Below, in pieces: positions 47,144-57,911 of a stretch of DNA of 64,000 bases. The stretch is from Pseudobdellovibrionaceae bacterium (GTDB lineage: Bacteria; Bdellovibrionota; Bdellovibrionia; Bdellovibrionales; Bdellovibrionaceae). Every line of letters starts with the position of its first letter. Position 1 is the stretch's first letter. The translations under genes and the position numbers were made by a program. The notes beneath the pieces are model-generated. The model was not told where the DNA came from and made no database searches. It saw nothing but the letters and a program-made list of their open reading frames with translations. Where the stretch lies: positions 64,001-128,000 of the forward strand of contig JBDHWW010000002.1 of the NCBI GenBank assembly GCA_039810425.1, written 5' to 3'.

Positions 47144-48370
47144 ATGCAAAAAATTAAAGTCACCAATCCTGTAGTAGAGCTTGATGGCGACGAAATGACT
47201 CGCGTCATCTGGTCCTTTATTAAGAACAAACTCATCACTCCTTACCTCGATATGGATATCAAGTATTACGATTTGGGTATGGAACATCGTGATGCCACTA
47301 ATGACGAAGTGACTGTTGCTGCCGCGGAAGCGATCAAAAAATACAATGTGGGTATCAAGTGCGCAACGATCACTCCTGACGAAGCCCGCGTAAAAGAATT
47401 TAACTTAAAGCAGATGTGGAAATCACCAAACGGAACTATCAGAAATATTTTGGATGGCACAGTTTTCCGCGAACCTATCGTTTGTGAAAACATTCCTCGT
47501 TTGGTTCCTAACTGGACCGCCCCGATCTGCATCGGCCGTCACGCGTTCGGCGATCAGTATCGTGCAACTGATTTCGTTACTAAAGGCAAAGGTAAACTGA
47601 CGATCACTTTCGAACCAGAAGGCGGCGAGAAAATTTCTCACGAAGTTTACAACTTTAAAGGCGATGGCGTTGCTTTGGCAATGTACAATACGGACGAATC
47701 AATCCGTGGCTTTGCGCGCTCTTGCTTTAACATGGCTTTGACAAAGAAATGGCCTTTGTATTTCTCTTCTAAGAACACGATCTTGAAGAAGTACGATGGT
47801 CGCTTTAAAGACATCTTCCAAGAGCTCTATGACAAAGAATTCAAAGAGACTTTCGCAAAAGCCGGAATCACTTACGAGCATCGTCTAATCGACGACATGG
47901 TTGCCTCGGCGTTAAAGTGGAACGGAAACTTCGTATGGGCTTGTAAGAACTACGATGGGGACGTCCAATCAGATACCGTTGCTCAAGGTTTCGGTTCCTT
48001 GGGCTTGATGACTTCTGTCTTGATCACTCCAGACGGTAAGACCATGGAGTCCGAAGCAGCTCACGGCACTGTGACCCGTCACTTCCGCGCGCACCAGCAA
48101 GGTAAATCAACCTCTACCAACCCAATTGCTTCGATCTTTGCATGGACCCGTGGCCTTGAGCATCGTGGTAACTTGGATGGTAACAAAGCTTTGGTTAACT
48201 TTGCGCGGACATTGGAGACAGTTTGTGTGGACACAGTTCAATCCGGCAATATGACTAAAGACCTCGCAGTTTGTATCTACGGCGACAAAGTCACTCAAGA
48301 TCAGTATATGAATACTGAGCCGTTCTTGGAGTTGTTGGACAGCAACTTGAAAAAAGCGCTTACTAAGTAA
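47144..48370 (+). CDS. icd: NADP-dependent isocitrate dehydrogenase
   Basis: [23 protein letters not shown] and [10 protein letters not shown] motifs. Confidence 0.97.
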   Translation: MQKIKVTNPVVELDGDEMTRVIWSFIKNKLITPYLDMDIKYYDLGMEHRDATNDEVTVAAAEAIKKYNVGIKCATITPDEARVKEFNLKQMWKSPNGTIRNILDGTVFREPIVCENIPRLVPNWTAPICIGRHAFGDQYRATDFVTKGKGKLTITFEPEGGEKISHEVYNFKGDGVALAMYNTDESIRGFARSCFNMALTKKWPLYFSSKNTILKKYDGRFKDIFQELYDKEFKETFAKAGITYEHRLIDDMVASALKWNGNFVWACKNYDGDVQSDTVAQGFGSLGLMTSVLITPDGKTMESEAAHGTVTRHFRAHQQGKSTSTNPIASIFAWTRGLEHRGNLDGNKALVNFARTLETVCVDTVQSGNMTKDLAVCIYGDKVTQDQYMNTEPFLELLDSNLKKALTK

Positions 48371-48379
48371 TTCATTCAA

Positions 48380-48407
48380 CTCCTAGCGGCCTTCGGGCTG
48401 TTAGGAG
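48380..48407. terminator. Hairpin with C(UUCG)G loop between convergent genes
   Basis: ctcctagcggcc-ttcg-ggctgttaggag. Confidence 0.65.
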
Positions 48408-49630
48408 CTCTTTCGAAATCCCATCTGCTTTTTCGGTAGCGTCAGGACAAAACAGGTGTTTTTGGCGATCGAATCAAGTTCCAATCGACCACCATGTTCT
48501 TCGGCAATCGCTTTGGAAATACTCAAACCTAAACCGGTTCCCTGATGCATTTCTTTCGTCGTAAAGAATGGTTGCATGATTCTCTCTTGCATATTTTCAG
48601 CAATGCCCGGACCGCTGTCTGTAATGCGAATGACCCAGAAGTCTCGGTTATCAAAAACCGTGATATCCACCCACTTCTGAGGCAAATCTCGAACCGCATC
48701 GAACGAATTGCTCATAAGATTAATGATAATCTGTTCGATCTGAACAGGGCGACACTCTATCGGCGCCCCCGCAGCCGGCAAGTTCTGGCGAATTTCAATT
48801 CCGTGATAGATGAACTTCTCGCCGTTGAGAGAGTTGGCATTAATAATCGACGTGGTTAAATCCACCGTTTCATAGAGGTCGCTGAACCCATCTCGCGAAA
48901 GCGCCTTAAGGCCGCGGATGATTTTGTCAATTCTATGCACGGTCTTCTCAATGCTTTCCAAGTACTGATTGGCTTTTGGCAAATGTCCCTCAGGAATGTG
49001 GCTGAAAATTCTGCGTAAGAGCCCCACATTTCCGTTGATGATCGTTAGTGGATTGTTGATCTCATGGGCTATCGAAGCGGCCATTTCACCGAGCGATGCG
49101 AGCTTTGTTTTATGAACAAGTTTTGCCCGTTGATCATTAAACTGTGATTTGCTTTTACGAAGTTCCAGCAGCGCGACCACCTGACGGGCTAATACCGTCA
49201 AGGTTTTCATCTGTTCCGAGGTCATGAACCTCGGCTCAATATCCATCACACAGAGAGCGCCGAGCCCAATGCCCTCGGGAGATATCAGTGGTACTCCGGC
49301 ATAAAAGCGAATGAAAGGAGGCCCCCTCATAAGTTCCAAATCGCGGAAGCGCGGATCATTCATGGTGTCGGGCACAATCATCGGCTGGCGGTCTCGTGCG
49401 ACGTACGCGCAGATCGAAGTATCCAATGAAGTTTGTTGAAGTGAGGATCCCCTATGTGATTTGAACCATTGTCGGTCCCTATCGATGAAACTCACTAAAG
49501 AAATGGGTGTACGACAGATCGCCGAAGCCAGATAGGTGATATCATCGTACGCTTGCTCCGCTTCTGAATCGAGGATTTGATAGTCTTTTAAAACACGCAG
49601 TCTGAGTTGTTCGTCAGTGTTTAATTCCAA
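48401..49630 (-). CDS. Cytoplasmic GAF-domain sensor histidine kinase
   Basis: GAF region (RFYAGVPL), H-box AHEINNPL, DSGPG, GTGLGL. Confidence 0.92.
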   Translation of the reverse strand: MELNTDEQLRLRVLKDYQILDSEAEQAYDDITYLASAICRTPISLVSFIDRDRQWFKSHRGSSLQQTSLDTSICAYVARDRQPMIVPDTMNDPRFRDLELMRGPPFIRFYAGVPLISPEGIGLGALCVMDIEPRFMTSEQMKTLTVLARQVVALLELRKSKSQFNDQRAKLVHKTKLASLGEMAASIAHEINNPLTIINGNVGLLRRIFSHIPEGHLPKANQYLESIEKTVHRIDKIIRGLKALSRDGFSDLYETVDLTTSIINANSLNGEKFIYHGIEIRQNLPAAGAPIECRPVQIEQIIINLMSNSFDAVRDLPQKWVDITVFDNRDFWVIRITDSGPGIAENMQERIMQPFFTTKEMHQGTGLGLSISKAIAEEHGGRLELDSIAKNTCFVLTLPKKQMGFRKSS

Positions 49631-49754
49631 GTGTTGCAGCCTTCTCGTTGTGTTCGAATAAGTCTATAAACAAACTTAGTCTATGGATACATTATTCTGA
49701 CTCTTATCCTCCATAGGTCTAGCAATTCCGGCCTTTCAGAGGTATTTTGCAAAC

Positions 49755-50129
49755 ATGATGGGCCACTTCGAATTGCTACTCAGATACACACTTGGAATAC
49801 AACTCATATTTTGGGGACTCAATGGATTCTTCCACTGGAGGCAAATTCCACCCTCCGCAAAGGTGATCGACAACTTCACAACCGCTTGTACTGACATCCG
49901 ATTCATTATGCCCATCGTTAAAATTTTTGAAGTTGTATTTGGTGTGTTTCTTTTGGCGAACTTTGCAGTACCGCTCGCATTGGTACTACTGGCGCCGATC
50001 ATCTTTGTGGTTACTGGACTTCATGCACTCTTTAGTAAAAAATCCTGGAAAGTCTTAGTGCCAATATCGCTGCCTTTTGCCGTCCTTGTAATTTTGCACT
50101 ATGAGGCCTGGCGGAAACTACTTAACTAA
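49755..50129 (+). CDS. DoxX-like membrane protein
   Basis: FWGLNGFF ... E...G..LL...VPLAL..LAPI; four TM helices. Confidence 0.7.
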   Translation: MMGHFELLLRYTLGIQLIFWGLNGFFHWRQIPPSAKVIDNFTTACTDIRFIMPIVKIFEVVFGVFLLANFAVPLALVLLAPIIFVVTGLHALFSKKSWKVLVPISLPFAVLVILHYEAWRKLLN

Positions 50130-51011
50130 ATCGTTGGCGGATTTACCAAGGTCTAAAAGCATCTGCTGAACTTTGTCGTAGTCCTTTAGATTCGCGTCTT
50201 TGAAATCATCCATGTGATAAAGATTATAGATAATCTTACCGCCTTTTTCGTCTTTGACCATTTTCTTCAACGTATCCACAATTTTCTTCCTTAACTCAGG
50301 CGGAAAGCCTTTTCTGAAAACAACAGGATCATTCGGAATAGCCTCGGTCTTCGCAATAATAACGATCTGATCGAATACATCCGGGAACTGAGTCTTCACA
50401 AGTTTGCGCGCATCTTGGGGCTCGCCATTTTCCGCAGGCGTATGATAAGTCGCCCCGGCATCTACTTGGCGCTGATAAACCATCGTGACAACACTGTCGT
50501 GGCGTCCAGCAAAGACGACTTCTTTCGGCTGCACTTTTTCGTCTTTCAAAAGCTTCGAGGGCAAAACAAAACCTGATCCAGATGACGGATCGACAAAAGC
50601 GATTTTTTTATTGCTCAGATCTTTGAGCGTTTTCGGTCCGTCTTTTCGTGCAATAATCTGGCCCCAGTAAACGTCGCGGCCTTTATGAACACCTGTTAAC
50701 GCCGCTTCGGCGCCATACTTGTCGTGGGCAATGACATAGCCAAATGTGTTTATAATCGCCATGTCAGCCCGCTTTGAACCAAGAGCTTCAATTACCGCGA
50801 TAAAACTTGACGGAACATTGACCTCAAATGGCAAACCGGTTTTCTCGTGAAGGTAAGCCTCCAGCTCTTTGCCATTTTCTTCGAGAAGCTTTGTATCTTG
50901 GCCGGGAACCAAAGAAATTTTAATAGGGTTTCCAGGCGCGCCCACCTCAGACTTCGAGGTGCAATTTGCAAAAACCAAGATACTTGCGAGAATTAGAAGA
51001 TATTTAGTCAT
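50118..51011 (-). CDS. PhnD-like phosphate/phosphonate substrate-binding lipoprotein
   Basis: Lipobox FANC; AFVDPSSGSGF, GRHD and IPND motifs. Confidence 0.88.
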   Translation of the reverse strand: MTKYLLILASILVFANCTSKSEVGAPGNPIKISLVPGQDTKLLEENGKELEAYLHEKTGLPFEVNVPSSFIAVIEALGSKRADMAIINTFGYVIAHDKYGAEAALTGVHKGRDVYWGQIIARKDGPKTLKDLSNKKIAFVDPSSGSGFVLPSKLLKDEKVQPKEVVFAGRHDSVVTMVYQRQVDAGATYHTPAENGEPQDARKLVKTQFPDVFDQIVIIAKTEAIPNDPVVFRKGFPPELRKKIVDTLKKMVKDEKGGKIIYNLYHMDDFKDANLKDYDKVQQMLLDLGKSANDLVK

Positions 51012-51181
51012 AGGCTGACCGTTCAGCTCCGGATTTGATGTCGCTACTAGGACGATTCTTTTATTTTCAAGTTCAGCCATCGCTTAATGCTATTTCAAGT
51101 CGCATAATTAGCAAGTGAAAACCGGGCCCTCATGGACCAACTAATGTTCGAAGGGATTTGCAAGGCCTTTCCTTCTTGGCA

Positions 51182-51212
51182 CTAAAATGACTCACAAAGT
51201 GAGTCATTTTAG
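51182..51212. promoter_or_regulatory. Perfect 14-bp inverted repeat, candidate operator or hairpin
   Basis: ctaaaatgactcac-aaa-gtgagtcattttag in the divergent intergenic region. Confidence 0.55.
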
Positions 51213-51250
51213 CTCTCGAAAAAACTTGAAAAAATGCCGATCTATTACAC

Positions 51251-52021
51251 ATGACACTATCCAAAAAGCGTATCGGCGTTTTCGCCATTTTGTCGGGCTG
51301 GGGCCTCGCGGTTCTGCTGTTTCAAAACATGACACTCGTCGAGTTCTCGATGCTGAATCTGCCTAGCGTGGACGAGCAAGCGCGCCAGGATCAAGCACGC
51401 GAACTCTTAGGGGTCTCATACAACGGTAGCCTTGCGCAGCGCTTCGAGGGTGAACAAGCCCTTAATTACCTAGTTTATAAAAAGATCGAGTCTTCCATGG
51501 ATGAGAAATGGAAGGGCCGTCTTGCTGAGATTACAGAAGCGGTGATTAGGGAAAGTCGTAACCAGGAATTAGATCCTATTTTCGTCCTCGCCGTTATCCA
51601 GACAGAAAGTGGTTTTAACACTGATGCCCGTGGAGACGCGGGTGAAATTGGCCTCATGCAAATTCTACCGAAGACCGCCGAGTGGATTGCCAAAAAATAT
51701 AAACTGCCGTGGCTGGGGCCAAAATCTCTTTTTGACCCTATAACAAACATCAAGATTGGGATCACTTACTTTGCCCATCTCCGTAGTGAGTTCGACAGCC
51801 GGGCTTACCACTACCTTCCGGCCTACAATATGGGTCCAAAGAATATGCGTAGAGTCAGCCGCACGATCGGCAGCATTTCACCTGATGGCAAAATCATCAA
51901 ACGAGACTACGCGATGCGAGTCATGAAAAACTACACCAGTATCTATGAGCAGATGGTGTCCACTCAAAAATTAATGGTGCAGGTTGCAAAAGACGGCAAA
52001 GGGGAACAAATCGCACGTTAG
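51251..52021 (+). CDS. Lytic transglycosylase (SLT domain)
   Basis: VIQTES, GLMQI and AYNMGP motifs. Confidence 0.9.
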   Translation: MTLSKKRIGVFAILSGWGLAVLLFQNMTLVEFSMLNLPSVDEQARQDQARELLGVSYNGSLAQRFEGEQALNYLVYKKIESSMDEKWKGRLAEITEAVIRESRNQELDPIFVLAVIQTESGFNTDARGDAGEIGLMQILPKTAEWIAKKYKLPWLGPKSLFDPITNIKIGITYFAHLRSEFDSRAYHYLPAYNMGPKNMRRVSRTIGSISPDGKIIKRDYAMRVMKNYTSIYEQMVSTQKLMVQVAKDGKGEQIAR

Positions 52022-52088
52022 TAGTTAGTTAATCGCTATATTGACAAATTCGACACACTTCTTTATCTAAGAGTTAGTAAAGGGCCCC

Positions 52089-52568
52089 GTGGATAAGAAA
52101 AAACTGCTTGCTCACATTCGTGCTGAACTGGAAAAAGATCTTTTAGTATTAAAAGAATCTGAACGTGCGACCCGCGAAGCCGCGACTCATGAGGAAAACA
52201 AGCCTGAGAATGAGTATGATACGCGGGCACTGGAGGCCTCTTATTTGGCGGGTGCCCAGTCTAAGCGCATTACGGATACGGAAGAACTTTTAGTACTCTT
52301 CAAACACGCAGCGCCTAAATCCTTTACTGACAAAGATCCGATTTCAGCCACCGCACTCATTGAGACCGAGCTCAACGGTAAAAGTAGCTACTTTTTTGTG
52401 ATGGCTAAAGGTGGCGGGGTGAATGTCACGTTTGAGGGAAAAAAGATCCAAGTGATCACGCCAAGCAGCCCGCTGGGCGAAGCCCTTCTTGGGCTTAAAG
52501 TCGGAGACACCGCTCTGCTTGAGCAGGGTGATAAAACTCTCGAGTACGATATTATTTCTATCCAGTAA
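52089..52568 (+). CDS. GreA/GreB-family factor (atypical)
   Basis: ENEYD acidic tip; ITPSSPLGEALLGLKVGD. Confidence 0.8.
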   Translation: MDKKKLLAHIRAELEKDLLVLKESERATREAATHEENKPENEYDTRALEASYLAGAQSKRITDTEELLVLFKHAAPKSFTDKDPISATALIETELNGKSSYFFVMAKGGGVNVTFEGKKIQVITPSSPLGEALLGLKVGDTALLEQGDKTLEYDIISIQ

Positions 52569-53307
52569 GAACTTTGTTAGCACGCTTCAAGCGCTGAGAA
52601 AGCGTTTTCACCAGAGCCCGTGCCCATGAAGGCTTCGAGAAAATCACGTTGTCCAAAGAACTCATCGGAATTTCAACAAGATCCACATCGGTGACAGCTT
52701 CGATCGTTGCTGACCGTGGTTCGTGATTGAAGTGACCCATCTCGCCGACGAACTCGCCTGCACCGATTTCACCTAAAGTAACACGGCCACCTGAGAGTGC
52801 ATCTGAATACGCTTTCAGCGTTCCGTTCTTTACTATATAGACGGACTGAGTGGCATCGCCCTCTTTAAAAAGCACTTCACCGGCTTGGAGATGGCGGAGC
52901 GTATACTCTGTCGTTTGTGTCCCCGTTTTTGGAGTCACAAGCTTTGCGACCACTTCCACCACGGCCTGTTCGCGCTCCGGCTCGGTGAGATAATGAATAC
53001 GGCCATTTGGAGGATATAGATCCAAATCCGCCACCACCGACATGATCACTATATGAACATCGCTATGATTTTTCTCTTTATAGATTTTTGCGACAATCTC
53101 AAGACCAGAACACTTGGGCAGATACTCATCGACAAAGACCATCTTTGGAAAGACATTGTCGATCTTATATTTCGTATCAAACCAGTCCGCTGCATGAAAA
53201 ATCGAGCAGTTCGTAAAGTTCTTATTGATAAATTCGGACATCGCAGTGATGCGGTTCCCGTTACCACTAACAATGAGAAAGACATTCTTATCTTGTGGAC
53301 GTGCCAT
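52558..53307 (-). CDS. Receiver-like plus cNMP-binding domain protein
   Basis: N-terminal VDEYLPKCSG; C-terminal GEFVGEM...PRSAT. Confidence 0.8.
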   Translation of the reverse strand: MARPQDKNVFLIVSGNGNRITAMSEFINKNFTNCSIFHAADWFDTKYKIDNVFPKMVFVDEYLPKCSGLEIVAKIYKEKNHSDVHIVIMSVVADLDLYPPNGRIHYLTEPEREQAVVEVVAKLVTPKTGTQTTEYTLRHLQAGEVLFKEGDATQSVYIVKNGTLKAYSDALSGGRVTLGEIGAGEFVGEMGHFNHEPRSATIEAVTDVDLVEIPMSSLDNVIFSKPSWARALVKTLSQRLKRANKVLTG

Positions 53308-53476
53308 GTTGTACCTTCCATTCCAATTCGCCTCTTCTTGAGACGCAACCGACGTACTACTTTATACAACAATTATCTCCCGCTTTGTGTTCCGGCTCAA
53401 GCCGCTGTCAAAAGGAACGCCAGATTCGATTTAGTTCGCACCAAGATGAGAAAAGCCGGCGAACTTCTATACGGTC

Positions 53477-54031
53477 TTATGGATAACACCATGGTCGCGG
53501 AGTGACTACGCGGGTGATCTCGTTTGCGCGCATATATAGGAATTCATTACCGACCGCGATTTTCAAGCGCTCTGTTTTCGGTGAGCGCGCCGAGACCGTC
53601 ATGATCTGTGCAAACCCGTCACTATCCGTTGTTGTGACTCCCTGATTGGGTTTCATATTCCACCGCACCGGACGGTTTGCAATTGCGGTCAGATCGGCAC
53701 TTGTGACGCCCGTTGCAACAGTGCCCTCAGAGTCGCGGCACTGCAACTGAATATTGATCACCACCATGTACTGTTTGTGACAATTATGCGTGGTCGAATA
53801 ACCATAGCCGGCTTGGCAGGTTTCAAATGGTTTTTCACGATAACCCAGTTTTTCCACGGGAATTTCCATCCCCATGGCTCTTTGCAAGCCCACATAGTCA
53901 ACGGATGGTTGCTCATTGCTAACAGGTTCACTCGGTGGCATCGTTTTTTCTTTATGTAGAGATGATTCAACAGGCGCTGAAGAGCATGCCGTAGCCAGCG
54001 CCGCAAGAACGACGATACCGATCCATTTCAT
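53477..54031 (-). CDS. Hypothetical lipoprotein
   Basis: AGGAG RBS; lipobox ATAC. Confidence 0.7.
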   Translation of the reverse strand: MKWIGIVVLAALATACSSAPVESSLHKEKTMPPSEPVSNEQPSVDYVGLQRAMGMEIPVEKLGYREKPFETCQAGYGYSTTHNCHKQYMVVINIQLQCRDSEGTVATGVTSADLTAIANRPVRWNMKPNQGVTTTDSDGFAQIMTVSARSPKTERLKIAVGNEFLYMRANEITRVVTPRPWCYP

Positions 54032-54113
54032 AGTGACTCCTAGGTAGAACTCTAAGATATCAAACAAACTGCGGCAGGGATCTATGTTTTAGTCCAGTTT
54101 TGTAGCGGCTTTT

Positions 54114-54548
54114 TTAGAGAACTTTCTTGCTGAATGCGTAGGCACGTTTAGTCCAGTGGTTCTTCTCGTAGAACTTGATCCCAAGATCATTTTCAAGAAC
54201 CGCACAAAGACGCATTGATTTACAATGAAGAGCCTTCGCCATGACCTCGGCTTTTTTCAGCATTTCAGCCCCAAGCCCTTTGGAGCGCATCTTTTCTGTA
54301 CTGACAAGATCATCGATGTACAGATGACGGCCGCGAACGAAGTCATACAAAATTCTGTAACCCATCACCGCGACAACTGCACCCTTGTACTCCATCGCAA
54401 TAATTTCGTATCCATCCATGGCATGGGCATGTCGGTAGATTTCCAGATACTCTTGCACATTCAAATGAGGACGCAGTTCTTTCATCACGGGAAAGCAGCG
54501 CTCAAGTTCCTCTCGATTTTGAATTTTAACAAAAGTAGTGTCCTTCAT
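54114..54548 (-). CDS. GNAT acetyltransferase
   Basis: LYIDDLV...RSKGLG and FYEK motifs. Confidence 0.9.
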   Translation of the reverse strand: MKDTTFVKIQNREELERCFPVMKELRPHLNVQEYLEIYRHAHAMDGYEIIAMEYKGAVVAVMGYRILYDFVRGRHLYIDDLVSTEKMRSKGLGAEMLKKAEVMAKALHCKSMRLCAVLENDLGIKFYEKNHWTKRAYAFSKKVL

Positions 54549-54592
54549 GATTCCTACTAAATCTAAGAGGGATGTACATTAATTTGACGGAC

Positions 54593-54838
54593 TTATTCTT
54601 TAGTTTTCAATTTGTCGTCGTTTTCTTCGATAAATTTTTTGATGTCGTCAGCAATGCCTAAAAGCTTTAGCCATTGCTCTTTATAAAGAGTAACCGGGAA
54701 GCGGCCCATCCCGTAAACAGACAAAGCGCCTTTCTCACTGACTTTCATGGAAAGCGTGCCTTTCGCGCCTTTTTTAGTCTTCAAAGCTTCATTCTCAGCC
54801 TTTAAACGTTCAATTTCCGCCTTTAAATCATCTGACAT
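54593..54838 (-). CDS. Conserved small hypothetical protein
   Basis: GAGGAG RBS; coiled coil followed by KVSEKGALSVYGMGRFPVTLYKEQW. Confidence 0.75.
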   Translation of the reverse strand: MSDDLKAEIERLKAENEALKTKKGAKGTLSMKVSEKGALSVYGMGRFPVTLYKEQWLKLLGIADDIKKFIEENDDKLKTKE

Positions 54839-54933
54839 AAAAAATCTCCTCGTCAACCAATAAACCTTACTATAAATCCAACGTTCTGATTAATACAATC
54901 CAAAATGGATCGCGAGAACCCAGAGGTCACTCT

Positions 54934-55692
54934 TTATGCGCTGGCTAGTTTCTTTCGATCCCGGCGGTAGCGAAGGTGGCCGGGCTTATTCTCGGAAAGT
55001 TTTATGAATTCCAATTGCCGTTCAACCATCCTATCGAAAACATAAAGAAGTTTATCGTGTTCTCTCGAAGCAGTTTCAAACCCCTGACTGTTTCCCAAGA
55101 GTTCAATCGTATGATGAATGGCTTCGATCGTGGAATAGCAGGCAACATTTGGTTGCTTACGTACACGAAATGTTGATGGTTTCTCTGGTGAAAAGCAGAT
55201 CCTTGGCAACGCATGCAGATTTTTACTCTGGCGAACGGTTCTTCTTGCGGTCGCCCAAGTTCCATCAATGACGAACACAGTCAACTTCTTATCTTGAGGG
55301 AACAATTCCAACCGCTCTTTCTCATTGAGGAGACTGATATTTTGAGAAACCCGGCCTGGGTAAAGCATCACGCAATGGCGTAAAGGATCTGCCAACAACC
55401 GGTTCACTTCAGCGTGCTCAGTATAGTCTTGGCCCATAATCAGGTGAGAATTCTGCAACGTGAGGTGCGACATCCTGCCAGTTGCAATCCTGCGATGCAC
55501 TTCGATCGGATGAATTAGAACGATAAAATCGATTTGTGGGTCGAACTTTTGAATATGCTCACAATAGCAGCTGAATTTCGGCTGAATACAAACCATGCAC
55601 AACTCACGGTATTTTGGTTGCTGCTCATTTTGCAGCTGGCGTCTTTCCCGATAACGTTGAATATCCACAGCGTCTTCTCCTGACGCCTTCAT
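54934..55692 (-). CDS. DTW-domain tRNA-uridine aminocarboxypropyltransferase (TapT-like)
   Basis: CxxC..CxC, HPIE, IDGTW and STIEA motifs. Confidence 0.88.
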   Translation of the reverse strand: MKASGEDAVDIQRYRERRQLQNEQQPKYRELCMVCIQPKFSCYCEHIQKFDPQIDFIVLIHPIEVHRRIATGRMSHLTLQNSHLIMGQDYTEHAEVNRLLADPLRHCVMLYPGRVSQNISLLNEKERLELFPQDKKLTVFVIDGTWATARRTVRQSKNLHALPRICFSPEKPSTFRVRKQPNVACYSTIEAIHHTIELLGNSQGFETASREHDKLLYVFDRMVERQLEFIKLSENKPGHLRYRRDRKKLASA

Positions 55693-55751
55693 AGTAACCG
55701 AAACAAAAGACTGACTTAAGATTTACACCCGAGAACTGGACCAAGAAAGGG

Positions 55752-56243
55752 CTAAGACCGCGAGATCTTTCTATCACTGAGATTTGCGGGAACACCCGTT
55801 CCGCTCCATCTCTGGGTTTGATATGTGCCGCTACGGATCTTCTCAGAGGTGATATCCACATCGATCAAACTATTGTAATCCTTTTGAACGGCAAAAAAGG
55901 CCAAGCGAAGCAAAGTTTCATCGTGATCCGCACAATCCTTCACATGGAAAACTTCGTTGGATCTTTTCACAAGCCGGGTTTCTTTTGCCTGATCTTTGAA
56001 AAACACGGCGATATTCTTTGCCCGCTTCATAATGTCGTCATATTCCGCAAGCTCTGGAGCGACCTTCTCGTCAAAACACGGTCCACAATAGGTGCCATGA
56101 GTTAGATCTTCTGGAACTTTCGTCAAAAACGAAAAACTATCTTCTTGAGTGAACTCAGCGCACTTTTTACAGACAGCCTGTGTACAGATCCCACAAACAA
56201 GGGTTGCTTTCGGTTTTTGGCAGACACAACATGAGTTTTCCAT
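55752..56243 (-). CDS. Hypothetical Cys-rich zinc-finger protein
   Basis: Four CxxC motifs followed by an alpha/beta domain. Confidence 0.65.
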   Translation of the reverse strand: MENSCCVCQKPKATLVCGICTQAVCKKCAEFTQEDSFSFLTKVPEDLTHGTYCGPCFDEKVAPELAEYDDIMKRAKNIAVFFKDQAKETRLVKRSNEVFHVKDCADHDETLLRLAFFAVQKDYNSLIDVDITSEKIRSGTYQTQRWSGTGVPANLSDRKISRS

Positions 56244-56286
56244 AGGCCCAACCTAGCATATTTCATGGGTTTTACCCTGATTTTTT

Positions 56287-57240
56287 TTAGAAATTCAGGT
56301 TGATCGCGAAAGTAATACCCAAAACCCTCTTAAAATCCAGGGATCTTTGGAAATCCACGTTCGGAGTCACCTGAAAATCCAGGATTTTACGGTAGAGAAT
56401 CTGGCTGTAACCGACCCCAAAGTTATAACTTTCCAGATGGTAATTCGGTTGATTATTGGAGCCGGCAAACACGTTATAAGAAAGAGCCGACTTACGAGTC
56501 AGGATTTGGCCGAAAGAAATACCATTGGATACCGAATACAAGTGGGACTTTTCTTCGTAGTTTCCTTGATTGACCAGTGTGATTGACCAAATTTTATTCA
56601 GCTGAAAATAAAAGTTCAAGGCTTGAAAAGTTCCAACTCCCTTGTCGGGCGTCGCCCAGAACTCTAGCTTTGGGTTAATTTCGTATCCCGTCATGTGCGC
56701 GACACTTTCAAAACTCAACGAATGCGACACACTTAAAGGATCTTTGAGCTCAATGCGGGGCTCAAAGGACGTTCTGATATTTCCTAATTTTTTGAAGACC
56801 CCGACTGTCGCGCCGTAGTTCCCTTCACGCGGTGTTTGACGAAGATAGTCACTCGGCCCATTACGCCTGTCTTCACGATCATCATACGTGGCAAATTTCA
56901 AATGCCAGTATTCTTCTAAATTTGGCAGTCGGGGATTAACCCCGACGCTGACAGAGTTGTTGAGCGCTTTCCCCTCTTGGGAAACAGCTATGTTTTCAAT
57001 GCGTAGACTGGATTCGTTCACACGATTAGTCACACGACGGCCGACTAAGAATAGATCCAAACCCTCGGCGACGCCATCGAACCATTTTGAAATCGCGATG
57101 TTGCTGTCGATAAAAGTTTGTTCCCAGGTTTTACCCTCTTCTTTTTCAGTTTCTTCCTCTTGACCAAAACTCCGAGCCTGAAACAAAGAAATCCCCAGAC
57201 ATAGCCCCCACAAGAAAGCTTTTCTGCAAACTATTTTCAT
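56287..57240 (-). CDS. Outer-membrane beta-barrel protein
   Basis: Signal peptide from ATG57240, amphipathic strands, C-terminal INLNF. Confidence 0.65.
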   Translation of the reverse strand: MKIVCRKAFLWGLCLGISLFQARSFGQEEETEKEEGKTWEQTFIDSNIAISKWFDGVAEGLDLFLVGRRVTNRVNESSLRIENIAVSQEGKALNNSVSVGVNPRLPNLEEYWHLKFATYDDREDRRNGPSDYLRQTPREGNYGATVGVFKKLGNIRTSFEPRIELKDPLSVSHSLSFESVAHMTGYEINPKLEFWATPDKGVGTFQALNFYFQLNKIWSITLVNQGNYEEKSHLYSVSNGISFGQILTRKSALSYNVFAGSNNQPNYHLESYNFGVGYSQILYRKILDFQVTPNVDFQRSLDFKRVLGITFAINLNF

Positions 57241-57275
57241 TGGATTTTCTTGACTATAAATTCTATTCTTCACGT

Positions 57276-57911
57276 ATGAGATATCTTATAAGGGCTTTTA
57301 TCATTTTGCTATTCCTTACTGGAAAGACCTTTGCTTATGACCCGGTAGAGGGTCAGGTCACAGCGACCTTGGGCCCTTACTATAGCCGCACCAACTATGC
57401 TGGCTTTAATTCCGATACTAATTCTTCCTTTAAAAGCGGCGTAGGTTTAATTGCGGTTGGTGACTTTAACTCTCACTCCAGCCTTGAAATCAGTATGTTT
57501 TATTTTCCGCAAATGTTCTTTCGTGACAGCGATGGCTATCGAATTGCTGAGAAATCACAAGTTATCCACATTGGAATGGGTTATCGGCGCTGGTTAGCCG
57601 CTTATTTTTCCACATCTCTGGCATTTTACTCGTCATATACCATGGGGGAACCCGAAACAATCTATTCAAGCGTTCCTGCCGGCATCTATGTGGACACTTC
57701 GGCCCGCGACATCACGGAGTATGGATTGGATTGGTCTGTTCAAGGGGACATTTGGAACCAAGACCGTCTCGCCGTGGTTTTAGAAGGGCGTTATTCCCTG
57801 TCATTCACTAGTAAACCAGGCGAAAAATCCGATCAGTATGGGGCCCTGATCGGACTCCGCTATATGGTTCAAGAAGAAAAACGGGTTATTGCACCTCCAC
57901 CGGTGAGATGA
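57276..57911 (+). CDS. Small outer-membrane beta-barrel protein
   Basis: Signal peptide; strand pattern ending LIGLRY. Confidence 0.6.
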   Translation: MRYLIRAFIILLFLTGKTFAYDPVEGQVTATLGPYYSRTNYAGFNSDTNSSFKSGVGLIAVGDFNSHSSLEISMFYFPQMFFRDSDGYRIAEKSQVIHIGMGYRRWLAAYFSTSLAFYSSYTMGEPETIYSSVPAGIYVDTSARDITEYGLDWSVQGDIWNQDRLAVVLEGRYSLSFTSKPGEKSDQYGALIGLRYMVQEEKRVIAPPPVR

